In this document: positions 41,163-49,661 of the stretch, piece after piece | How positions within the stretch are numbered: the first letter of the stretch is position 1 | How the letters are laid out: each line of letters starts with the position of its first letter | Source: Candidatus Brocadiaceae bacterium | GTDB taxonomy: Bacteria; Planctomycetota; Brocadiia; SM23-32 | Reading direction: 5' to 3' | Assembly: GCA_012728835.1 (NCBI GenBank) | Contig: JAAYEJ010000011.1 | Span: 50,990 to 114,989, forward strand | Length of the DNA: 64,000 nucleotides | Translations under genes and position numbers: made by a program | Notes under the pieces: model-generated | What the model was told of the DNA's origin: nothing | Database searches by the model: none | Seen by the model: only the letters and a program-made list of their open reading frames with translations

Positions 41163-42356
41163 ATGGAGCAACAGCGGCCACCATCCGTACGCTGGCTCAC
41201 GGCCAGCGTGTGCGCCTCCTTCCTGGTCTATGCCAGCACGCCCACGCTGCTGGCGGTATCCCTGAAGGCCATCGGCGCCGACCTGGGGCTCGGCTACGGC
41301 GCCCAGGGGGCGCTGGTCCTGGCCCGGTCGGTCGCCCTGGGGATCATCACGGTTCTGGCGGGCTTCCTCGCGGACCGCTGGGGCAAGCGCCTCATCCTGC
41401 CGGCCGCCATGCTGCTGGCGGCCGTCGGCATGCTCGTCGTCGGCGGCAGCACGGGGCTGGCGGGCCTGCTGGTGGGCGTCATGGTCACGAGTATCGGCCT
41501 GGGCGGCCTGGAGGCCCTTAACGGCGCCCTGGTCTCGGACCTCTATCCGCAGTCGGTGGACAGCCGCGTGAACGCCATCTTCGGCTTCTACCCGGTGGGC
41601 GTGGTCATCTCCTCGCTGGCCGTCGGCGCAGCACTTGACGCCGGCGTCGACTGGCGGGCGCCGTTCGCCCTGCTGGCGATCCCCTCCATCCTGGTGATGG
41701 CCATGTTCCGGCTGGGCCGCTATCCCGCATCGTCGTCGGCCGCCGGTGCGCGCCGCCTGACGGTGCGCGGCATTCTGGCCGACCCGCGCTTCTGGCTGCT
41801 CGCGGCGGTGATGCTGCTGACGGCCGGCGCCATGGGCTGCATGGTCTACTGGGGCCCGAGCTTCCTTCAGGACGAATACGGCACGTCGGCAAAGGTCGGC
41901 TCGGCGGCCCTGGCGGTCTTCATGGTCGCGATGGCGGTCGGGCGATTCGGCACGGGGGCGGCCACGCGCCTGGCGCCGCTGCTGCGCATCATGCTGGTGA
42001 TGGCCGTGCTCGGGGCCGGGGCCTCCCTGGGCGTGGTGCTGGTGGACCATGCGGCGGTCACCATCGTGCTGTATGGGGCGGCGGGCCTGGGGATCGCCTG
42101 CTTCTGGCCGGGGGTCGTGGCGCTGGCGGTCAGCCGCATCGGCGCCGGGTCCTCGGTGCTGCTGGCGATGGTCTGCAGCGTCGGCATCCTGGCCTTCGGC
42201 TTCATCCCGGCGGGCGTCGGCCTGCTGGCCGCCCGCTGGGGCCTGCGGGCCGCCCTGGGCGTCTGCCCCGTGTCCATGGTCCTGGCGGCCCTTCTCCTGG
42301 CCGGGCAGACCTGGTCGGAGGGCCGGGCGGCGGGCGTGGGACGCGGCAGCCATTGA
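41163..42356 (+). CDS. MFS transporter (12 TM).
   Basis: MFS signature LADRWGKRLIL between TM2 and TM3, and 12 hydrophobic segments. The start is assigned to MEQQRPP (41163), which is uncertain. Confidence 0.7.
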   Translation: MEQQRPPSVRWLTASVCASFLVYASTPTLLAVSLKAIGADLGLGYGAQGALVLARSVALGIITVLAGFLADRWGKRLILPAAMLLAAVGMLVVGGSTGLAGLLVGVMVTSIGLGGLEALNGALVSDLYPQSVDSRVNAIFGFYPVGVVISSLAVGAALDAGVDWRAPFALLAIPSILVMAMFRLGRYPASSSAAGARRLTVRGILADPRFWLLAAVMLLTAGAMGCMVYWGPSFLQDEYGTSAKVGSAALAVFMVAMAVGRFGTGAATRLAPLLRIMLVMAVLGAGASLGVVLVDHAAVTIVLYGAAGLGIACFWPGVVALAVSRIGAGSSVLLAMVCSVGILAFGFIPAGVGLLAARWGLRAALGVCPVSMVLAALLLAGQTWSEGRAAGVGRGSH

Positions 42357-42380
42357 GCCCCCGCCGGGCTTGTGCTATAG
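42352..42380 (+). promoter_or_regulatory. Sigma70-like promoter TTGAGC-17-TATAGT driving tRNA-Arg.
   Basis: ttgagc at 42352-42357 and tatagt at 42375-42380. The tRNA 5' end is ~20 nt downstream. Confidence 0.4.
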
Positions 42381-42399
42381 TCGGGGGCCTGCCGACGGC

Positions 42400-42475
42400 G
42401 CGCCGGTAGCTCAGGGGAGAGAGCAGCGGATTTCTAATCCGCCGGTCGGGGGTTCGAATCCCTCCCGGCGCGCCA
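42400..42475 (+). tRNA. tRNA-Arg (anticodon TCT).
   Basis: The cloverleaf was folded by eye: acceptor GCGCCGG/CCGGCGC, D-arm GCTCAGGGGAGAGAGC, anticodon stem GCGGA/TCCGC with loop TTTCTAA, T-arm GGTTCGAATCC, discriminator G and encoded CCA. Confidence 0.85.
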
Positions 42476-42811
42476 GCGGGTACGCGGGGGCCAGTGGAGC
42501 CCGCTCTCGCCCACCCAGACGGGGGGCCGACCAGTCGCGTTCCGGGTTGCACTGCGGCCAACGCTGTGCTATGATTCCGACTCGTCCTGGCCGGCCATCC
42601 GGCGCGGTGCCCTGCGCAGGACGGGTTTGCGTGTACCCCCGACAACCGCGCGTCGGTCTGCGGTGGGCGTAGTTTGCTCGGAGCGGAAGCAGAAGGAGTG
42701 AGTCTCGGGCGCCGTTGGGTCCCCGGAGCAGAGGCGCCCGTGCCGCGATGATCGCATCCTCGAGGCCGGTGCGTCGGCACCGGGCAGCGGGCAACCGGTC
42801 GAGGGATACGC

Positions 42812-44074
42812 ATGACTGGCGCAGGTTCGGACAACAGGGCTGCGGCCGTCACGGGCCTGGGGGCTGTGACGGCAATCGGGAACACCCTGGACGCGATCTC
42901 CTCCTCTCTCCAGGCCGGCAGGTCCGGCATCGTCCTTGACGAGGAGCGCCGCCGCAGGGGCTTCCGGTCGGCGCTGACCGGGCGCATTGCCGACTTCGAC
43001 CCGGCCCGTTGGGGACTCTCGCGCAAGATGCTCCGCACGATGTGTGAACCCGCACAGTATGCCTGCGCGGCCACCCGGGATGCGCTGCGCGATGCCGGCC
43101 TCGCCCCGGAGGACCTGCAGAACCCGAGGTGCGGGATCGTCTTCGGCAATGACAGCACCGTCAAGCCCGTCGTCGAGTCCGTCGACATCGTGCGCGAGCA
43201 GGGCGAGACGCATTTCATCGGTGGCGGACACATCTTCCGGGGCATGAACTCCACGGTCACGATGAACCTGTCCCCGCTCCTGGGGACGCAGGGCGCGAAC
43301 TGGACCGTCAGCGCCGCCTGTGCAAGCGGGGCGCACGCGATCGGCCAGGCGCTCATGCTGATCCGGTCGGGCCTGCAGAGCATCGTGCTGGCGGGCGGCG
43401 CTCAGGAGACCAACTGGGAGTCGATGGTCAGTTTCGACGCGTTGGGCGTCTTCTCGCTGAGGCAGGACGACCCGGAGCGGGCCTCGCGGCCCTTCGATGC
43501 CGATCGGGACGGCCTCGTCCCCAGCGGCGGCGCCGCGTGCCTGGTGCTCGAGGAGCTGGAGCACGCCCGCAAGCGCGGAGCCCGGATCTACGGCCTGGTC
43601 CGGGGCTACGGTTTCGCCTCGGACGGCAGCCACCTGACCAGGCCCACCGGAGACGGCGCCTTGCGCGCCATGGAAGCGGCCCTGGCGGACGCCCGGGTCT
43701 CCCCCGAGGACATCGACTACGTCAACGCGCACGCGACGTCGACGATCACGGGCGATCGAGCCGAGGCGGGCGCGATTGCCGCCCTGTTGGGTCCGGACGT
43801 GCCTGTCTCGTCAACGAAGTCCATGACGGGGCATGAGTGCTGGATGGGCGGGGCGAGTGAAGCGCTGTACGCCTGCCTGATGGCCCGGGACGGGTTCATT
43901 GCGCCCAACCTGAACTTCGGGCGCCTGGACGGCGACTGCCCGCCGATCAACGTTGTGGCCGAGACGCTCTCGCACCGGGTGCGTTGTGTGCTCTCGAACT
44001 CGTTCGGCTTTTCAGGGACGAACGCCTCGCTCGTGCTGGACTTCGCGGGAGTCGGGTCGTGGAGGGGCCGCTGA
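42812..44074 (+). CDS. Beta-ketoacyl-ACP synthase (FabF/B-like KS; ApeR-like initiating KS).
   Basis: 420 aa. Active-site SAACASGAHAIG, His motifs NAHATST and KSMTGHECWMGG, and a C-terminal SNSFGFSGTNASLVL. Confidence 0.85.
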   Translation: MTGAGSDNRAAAVTGLGAVTAIGNTLDAISSSLQAGRSGIVLDEERRRRGFRSALTGRIADFDPARWGLSRKMLRTMCEPAQYACAATRDALRDAGLAPEDLQNPRCGIVFGNDSTVKPVVESVDIVREQGETHFIGGGHIFRGMNSTVTMNLSPLLGTQGANWTVSAACASGAHAIGQALMLIRSGLQSIVLAGGAQETNWESMVSFDALGVFSLRQDDPERASRPFDADRDGLVPSGGAACLVLEELEHARKRGARIYGLVRGYGFASDGSHLTRPTGDGALRAMEAALADARVSPEDIDYVNAHATSTITGDRAEAGAIAALLGPDVPVSSTKSMTGHECWMGGASEALYACLMARDGFIAPNLNFGRLDGDCPPINVVAETLSHRVRCVLSNSFGFSGTNASLVLDFAGVGSWRGR

Positions 44075-44195
44075 CGAGCCCGTGCATCCGAACCGGCCAC
44101 CGCGCACGTGCATCAGTGAGGTGCTCGGGCCGGGGGCGCGGGTCCTCGCGGCCACGGACAGCAGAGGCGTGGAACAGTGAAAGGTACTGGCGGCA

Positions 44196-44456
44196 ATGCC
44201 GGAACGGGACGTGGTTGAGCGCGTGAACAAGCTGCTCGTCGAAGGCTTCGAGTTGGAGGAAGGCGTGCTCGCCCCCGCCGCCCTCATCCATGAGGACCTC
44301 GGCCTCGACAGCCTCGACACCGTCGATCTGGTTGTGGCGCTCGAGCGGGAGTTCGCCTGCCGGATCAGTGAGGAGCAGGCGCGTGCCATGCGGAGCCTCG
44401 AGGACATCTACCGGCACATACGGTTGCGCGTGGGCTGTCAGGAAGGAAGGGACTGA
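44196..44456 (+). CDS. Acyl carrier protein.
   Basis: 86 aa, with the phosphopantetheine site LGLDSLDTVDLVVALEREF. Confidence 0.85.
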   Translation: MPERDVVERVNKLLVEGFELEEGVLAPAALIHEDLGLDSLDTVDLVVALEREFACRISEEQARAMRSLEDIYRHIRLRVGCQEGRD

Positions 44457-44458
44457 CC

Positions 44459-45415
44459 TTGACTCCGGGTGTCCGTGCCGAGCAGGTACCCGCCCGCCGT
44501 CGCGCTCGTTCCTGGACGGGCAGAAGGCGCGGAGGAGTCGCCGGCAACTGGGCATTCACCGCGCTCGTCCGCTCGGGGGGCCTGTGGCCGGCCTATGCGC
44601 TCCTGGCATTCGTCGCGGCGTACTTCGTGGCGTTCGCGCCCGCGGCGCGGCGGGCCTCCGCCGCATACCGTCGGCGCATCGGGTTCCGCCAGGGCTCCTG
44701 GCCGTCGCGGCTCTGGGGCGCATATTGCCACTTCTTCCGCTTCGGCCAGATACTGCTGGACCGCTATGCGTTCGCCTCGGGCCATGCGGACTGGTTCCGT
44801 TTCGAGTTCATCGGTGAGGCACACGTCCGGTCCGCCCTGGCCAGGGGCAAGGGCGTCATCCTCATCAGCGCGCACTGCGGCAACTGGGAGGCGGCCGGGC
44901 ACTTCCTGCGGGCGCTCGACGTGCCCGTCAACATCGTCGGCTACGAGGGAGAACGGGCCGACATCCGGAGCGTCTACGAGCGGGCGGGGAGCGACCGGCT
45001 CCTCAACCTGGTCAACGCGGACGGGTCTCTGGAGACGGTCGCCGTCATCACTGCGGCACTGCGCCGGGGCGAGGTGGTTGCGATGCTGGCCGACCGGCTT
45101 CTGGACGAGAGCGGCGTGGTGGTGCCGTTCCTCGGTGCGCCCGCGCGCTTCCCGGGAGGGCCGTACGTGCTCGCGGCGCTCAGCGGTGCTCCGCTCATCC
45201 ACGCCTTCGCCATGCGGGAGGGCATGCGCCGCTACCGCGTCGTGGGGTATCCTCCCGAGGAGGTGCTCGCACCCGACGAGGGAGGCTGTCGCGAGGCCGT
45301 CAGGGAGCATGCGCGCAGGTTCGTGGCGCGCCTCGAGAGCGTGCTGCGGGAGCATCCCCTTCAGTGGCACAACTTCTTTGACTTCTGGCGCGACGACGAG
45401 GAAGGAGTCGCCTGA
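44459..45415 (+). CDS. Lysophospholipid/lipid-A-type acyltransferase (LpxL/HtrB-like LPLAT; ApeD-like).
   Basis: N-terminal TM, catalytic H(X)4D motif SAHCGNWE, and a lauroyl/myristoyl acyltransferase fold. Its TGATG stop/start overlaps the next gene. Confidence 0.75.
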   Translation: MTPGVRAEQVPARRRARSWTGRRRGGVAGNWAFTALVRSGGLWPAYALLAFVAAYFVAFAPAARRASAAYRRRIGFRQGSWPSRLWGAYCHFFRFGQILLDRYAFASGHADWFRFEFIGEAHVRSALARGKGVILISAHCGNWEAAGHFLRALDVPVNIVGYEGERADIRSVYERAGSDRLLNLVNADGSLETVAVITAALRRGEVVAMLADRLLDESGVVVPFLGAPARFPGGPYVLAALSGAPLIHAFAMREGMRRYRVVGYPPEEVLAPDEGGCREAVREHARRFVARLESVLREHPLQWHNFFDFWRDDEEGVA

Positions 45416-46812
45416 TGGGAGCGAACGAGGTGAGAGCCCCGGCTGTGAAACCGATCGCCGGGACGGAGTTCTCGCCGCGCGAGATCGAGGACGCTGTGCG
45501 CAGAGGGGGCCTGCTCTCCCTGGAACTCGAGATGACGCGTGCCTGCAACCTGCGGTGCATCTACTGCTACGCGCAGGCCGGCGAGCCGATGGAGAACGAG
45601 ATCCGCTTCGAGGAACTCGTCGATGCGGTGCAGCAGGCAACCGACCTGGGCGCGCGCAAGATGGTGGTCCTGGGAGGTGGGGAGCCGTGCCTCTATCGCG
45701 AGTTCCGGCGCCTTGTCGACTACCTGGCCGACCTGGACACCGTGGTGGAGGTCTTCACGAATGGGACGCTGATCGACCGGGACCTGGCCGGCTTCCTCTA
45801 CGACCGCGGCGTCTCCGTGGTGGTGAAGCGCAACAGCGGCGATCCGCAGACGCAGGACGCGCTGGCGGGGTCCCCGGGGACCTTCGATCAGATCCGCAAC
45901 GGACTCAACCTGCTGCTGGAGGCCGGCTACCCGGACGAGAACCACGGGATGGGCGTCCAGACGGTCATATGCCGCCGGAACCTGGCCGAGATCCCCCAGT
46001 TGTGGCGATGGGCACGCCGGCGCGGGATCACGCCCTACTTCGAGTGCATGACGCTTCAGGGACGCGCTGCGCACACCGAGAGCCTCCACGTCACCACGGC
46101 GGAGGTCCGCCGGGTTTTTGCGGAGCTCTGCCGCATCGACCGGGAGGAGTTCGGCCTCGCGTGGACTCCTCACCCGCCCCTGGTGGCTCTGAGCTGTTCG
46201 CGGCACCTCTACAGCATGGTCGTCAAGGCCAACGGCGATCTGTATCCCTGCGTCGGCGTGACCATCCCCGTCGGGAACATCCGACGCGAGCGGCTTGCCG
46301 ACGTCATACGCAACAGCCCGGTCATCGATGACCTGCGGCACGTCTATGAGAGGATCAAGGGGCCCTGCCGCAACTGCCGCTACAACGGCCTCTGCTACGG
46401 CTGCCGCGGGAACGCCTACCAGTTGACGGGCGACTACCTGGCGTCCGATCCCTGCTGCTGGGTGCCGGGTGAGGCCGCCGAAGAGGCGCAGGAGGACGGA
46501 TGCGCCGAGGAGTGCTCCCGGGGGCCTGCGTCGGAACCGAACGTGCTCTGCCGGAGCCTGTGCGACTTCATGCGGACGCAGCTCGTGGCCGAGGGCGTCG
46601 TGTTCGATGAGGACACGTCGTTCGCGGCCGTCGGGCTGGACTCGCTTGGTCTCATGGAACTCCTGCTGTTCGTTGAGAGGCGGTTCGGCGTCGAGGTGCC
46701 GGAAGCGGAGCTGACGCGTGCAAACCTGCACTCCGTACGGGCATTCGCCGAGTGTGTTGGGAGACTCTCCGGACTCGGCACGGCTGCGAGCGGCGAGGCG
46801 GGAGGACCATGA
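45415..46812 (+). CDS. Radical SAM enzyme with SPASM/twitch auxiliary-cluster domain, fused to a C-terminal acyl/peptidyl carrier-protein domain.
   Basis: CNLRCIYC (CxxxCxxC), a Gly-rich SAM motif VVLGGGEP, auxiliary Cys cluster CRNCRYNGLCYGCRGNAY, and a C-terminal carrier domain AAVGLDSLGLMELLLFVERRFGVEVPEAEL with Ser in the DSL motif. Confidence 0.75.
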   Translation: MGANEVRAPAVKPIAGTEFSPREIEDAVRRGGLLSLELEMTRACNLRCIYCYAQAGEPMENEIRFEELVDAVQQATDLGARKMVVLGGGEPCLYREFRRLVDYLADLDTVVEVFTNGTLIDRDLAGFLYDRGVSVVVKRNSGDPQTQDALAGSPGTFDQIRNGLNLLLEAGYPDENHGMGVQTVICRRNLAEIPQLWRWARRRGITPYFECMTLQGRAAHTESLHVTTAEVRRVFAELCRIDREEFGLAWTPHPPLVALSCSRHLYSMVVKANGDLYPCVGVTIPVGNIRRERLADVIRNSPVIDDLRHVYERIKGPCRNCRYNGLCYGCRGNAYQLTGDYLASDPCCWVPGEAAEEAQEDGCAEECSRGPASEPNVLCRSLCDFMRTQLVAEGVVFDEDTSFAAVGLDSLGLMELLLFVERRFGVEVPEAELTRANLHSVRAFAECVGRLSGLGTAASGEAGGP

Positions 46813-48158
46813 CCGTTCAGATGTGCCAACAGCCCCTGACCGGCGGCGACTACTTCGTTCTGGCCATCGATCACGAGATGCGCCGCGCCGGGATGCACGG
46901 GAACACCTGCCGTGCATTCGTGCATCTGGACGGCAGGGCGGAGGCGGAGGGACTGCGCGCCGCCATCCGGGCCTCCGGGCTGGCCGACTGGCTGGCGGGC
47001 GCGCACGTCGGCCGGGCGGCATCCGCCGGCGAGCCCGTCTGGCAATGGTCGCCCGACGTGGGGGACGTGCCGATCGAGGAGTGCTCGGTCCCCGCGGACT
47101 GGGGCGTCGGGCCGGACCTGCCGCCCCTGGCGCCGCAGGAGGACCTCCGCCCGGACGTGCCGCCCAACGTGCGGTTCCGCCTGATGCACCGGCCGGACGG
47201 CACGAGCGTTCTCGTCCTGCTCTGGCAGCATGCACTGATGGATGCCCACGGGGCCGAACTGCTGCTGCAGCACATCAGCGCCGCCGGGGCCGGCGCATCG
47301 CCCGCAACGCGCGATGTGTTGGGTCTCGGCCACGCCGCCCGGGCGGACGGCGCGGCGGCCGGCCCGCCCACACCGGGCGCAGCGGGTGCTGCGTGGCATC
47401 ATTGCATGTCATTCGTCGGCGACGTGAGCCGCCTGCCCGTGGCCTCGGTCACGCCCTGCGCCCCGGGGGGTGCCGGCGGTCGCAACCGCTTCCGGCGAAT
47501 CCGGTTCGACAGGGCGGAGTCGGACGCCATCCGGGCGAGGATCGAGGGTACAGGCGCGACGGTTGCCCGGAGCGTGTTCTGCATGGCCGTCTGCATGCGT
47601 GCACTCCAGGGCGTGCTTGCGGAGCGGTCGGTCGAGCCGGCCGCGTTCCTGGTGCCCGTGCCTCACGAGCGGCGGAAGGCAGGGGCGGCCGGGCCCATCT
47701 GCTCGAACCGCATCTCCTTCCTGTTCTACCGCGCCGAGCCGGCGGACATGGTGTCGCTGGAGGGCCTGATCGCGTCGCTCGTGAGACAGATGAGAAGCCA
47801 GGTGCGCGCCGGCATCCCGGCCTCGTTCGAGCAGGCGATGGAGGTGTTCCGCCGCGTGCCGCTCGGCGCCTACTCCCGCGTCGTGCACGGCCCCTCAGCC
47901 GGCCAGGTGGCCAGCTTCTTCTTCTCGGACACCGGGGACAGCTTCCGGGACGCCCCGAGGTTCCTCGGCGCCCGCATTCGGGACGTCCTTCACGTGCCGC
48001 CCGTCCCGTTCCCACCGGGCGTCGCGATCGTCGCCGGCCAGTTCGGCGATCGGTTGAGCATCGTGCTCTCATGGGTCGAGGGCTGCCTCGATTCCGGCGA
48101 GGTCGACATGCTGGAGCGGGCCATCCGTTCGCAGATGCTGGGCGGAGGGGCCTCATGA
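46809..48158 (+). CDS. Condensation-domain-like / WS-DGAT-like CoA-dependent acyltransferase superfamily protein.
   Basis: ATG 46809 follows GGAGG and overlaps the upstream stop (ATGA). It has an HHxxxDG-like motif WQHALMDAHG and is 449 aa. Confidence 0.55.
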   Translation: MTVQMCQQPLTGGDYFVLAIDHEMRRAGMHGNTCRAFVHLDGRAEAEGLRAAIRASGLADWLAGAHVGRAASAGEPVWQWSPDVGDVPIEECSVPADWGVGPDLPPLAPQEDLRPDVPPNVRFRLMHRPDGTSVLVLLWQHALMDAHGAELLLQHISAAGAGASPATRDVLGLGHAARADGAAAGPPTPGAAGAAWHHCMSFVGDVSRLPVASVTPCAPGGAGGRNRFRRIRFDRAESDAIRARIEGTGATVARSVFCMAVCMRALQGVLAERSVEPAAFLVPVPHERRKAGAAGPICSNRISFLFYRAEPADMVSLEGLIASLVRQMRSQVRAGIPASFEQAMEVFRRVPLGAYSRVVHGPSAGQVASFFFSDTGDSFRDAPRFLGARIRDVLHVPPVPFPPGVAIVAGQFGDRLSIVLSWVEGCLDSGEVDMLERAIRSQMLGGGAS

Positions 48159-49546
48159 GGTTCCTCATGGTCTCGGGCAACCAGGAGCAGCTTCCGTTCC
48201 CCGTCGCCCCGCTCGGGGCGCTCTGTGTCGCGGGATCGCTCCAGGAAGCGGGCCATTCGGTCGATCTGGTCGACCTCTGCTTCGCCCGCTCGCCCTGCGA
48301 GGACCTGCGGACCGTCCTCCAGGAGGGCGGGTATGACGCCGTGGGCCTGAGCATCCGGAACCTGGACAACTGCCTCTACGGCAACCCGGTGTCCTATTTC
48401 GACCAGTTCCGCCGATTGGCCGAGACGGTCAGGGCCGCCGCCGACGTGCCGCTGATCCTCGGAGGCAGCGGGTTCTCCGCCGCCAGCCGCGGGTGGATCG
48501 AGCGCCTGGACGCCTTCTGCGGCATCATCGGCGAAGGAGAGCGGGCCCTCCCGCAGGTTCTGGAGGCCCTCGACCGGGGCGAGGAGCCCGATGCCGTGCC
48601 GAACGTCATCCGGCGCGGGCAGACGCGGCCGCCCACCCCGGTGCTCGACATCGACCTGGACTGCATCCCGCTGCCGGCCCACGAGCACTGCGACTACGAG
48701 CAGTACCTGTCGCGCGGCGGCTTCGTCGGCGTGCAGGCAAAGCGCGGCTGCCCCTTCCATTGTATCTATTGCACCTACCCCTTGCTGGAGGGGTGCTCCT
48801 ACCGGGTCCGCCACCCCGAGCGCGTCGTGGACGAGATCGCCACGGTGCACCAGTCCACCGGGGCGGGCTACTACTTCTTCACCGACAGCGTCTTCAACGC
48901 GCCGCGCGACCATGCTCTGGCCATCTGCCGCGAGATAGCCCGGCGGGGGCTGCGGGTTCAGTGGATGAGCTACTGCAACCCCGTCGGCTTCGACAGGGAA
49001 CTGGCGCACGCCATGGCGGAGGCGGGCTGCATCGGCGTGGAGTTCGGCCTCGACGCGGTCACCGACAAGATGCTGCTCGCCATGGGCAAGCCGTTCGGCC
49101 TGGACGAGATTCGCGTCAGCCTGGAGGCGGCGGCGCACGCGCGCATTCCCTTCGCCGTGCACCTGCTCTTCGGCGGGCCCGGTGAGGACGTTGCGGATGT
49201 CGAGGACGCCCAGGAGTTCCTGGACTCCTGCGCGGCGCCGGACGCCGTGTTCGCCTCCGTCGGCATCCGCCTCTACGCGGACACCCCGGCCGAGAGGATC
49301 GCGCGTGAACTGGGAGCGCTCGCCGCGGACGCGGATCTGTTCGAGCCGGTCTACTTCGTGTCCGAGGGACTCGGCAAGGACCCGGTGGGCGTTCTGGACG
49401 GCATCGCCCGTCGCCGGCCGGCCTGGTCCACCCAGGCGGACTGGCAGCGCCCCGTCCTGCAGGTCGCTCAGCGTCTGGCCAACCGCAACGGCGAACGCCC
49501 CCAGTGGCGTCACATCCGGGACTACGGGGAGTACCTGCGATGGTGA
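48155..49546 (+). CDS. B12-binding radical SAM enzyme (class B; methylase or C-C bond forming), copy 1.
   Basis: It has an N-terminal cobalamin-binding Rossmann-like domain, a radical-SAM CPFHCIYCTYP motif, and an ATGA overlap with the upstream gene. It is 463 aa. Confidence 0.75.
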   Translation: MRFLMVSGNQEQLPFPVAPLGALCVAGSLQEAGHSVDLVDLCFARSPCEDLRTVLQEGGYDAVGLSIRNLDNCLYGNPVSYFDQFRRLAETVRAAADVPLILGGSGFSAASRGWIERLDAFCGIIGEGERALPQVLEALDRGEEPDAVPNVIRRGQTRPPTPVLDIDLDCIPLPAHEHCDYEQYLSRGGFVGVQAKRGCPFHCIYCTYPLLEGCSYRVRHPERVVDEIATVHQSTGAGYYFFTDSVFNAPRDHALAICREIARRGLRVQWMSYCNPVGFDRELAHAMAEAGCIGVEFGLDAVTDKMLLAMGKPFGLDEIRVSLEAAAHARIPFAVHLLFGGPGEDVADVEDAQEFLDSCAAPDAVFASVGIRLYADTPAERIARELGALAADADLFEPVYFVSEGLGKDPVGVLDGIARRRPAWSTQADWQRPVLQVAQRLANRNGERPQWRHIRDYGEYLRW

Positions 49547-49661
49547 GGAGGACATCCTGCAGCGGGCCGGCGGCGGGGATGGTCGGGACGATGGGCGCGC
49601 TCTGCTGCCGGAGCACCGGACAGCCGGCAGGCGTGGCGGGCGGCGGCCGGAGGATCGGCGG

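Noticed and set aside
42202-43383. 393-aa minus-strand ORF overlapping tRNA-Arg and the first KS gene.
   Set aside because: It has low-complexity Pro/Arg/Ala-rich composition, overlaps a well-folded tRNA, and runs antisense to a KS with canonical active-site motifs.
46718-49546. 942-aa ORF fusing the condensation-domain and B12-rSAM genes.
   Set aside because: The track ORF begins far upstream in a different gene's 3' end. Real starts with RBS and ATGA coupling are found at 46809 and 48155.
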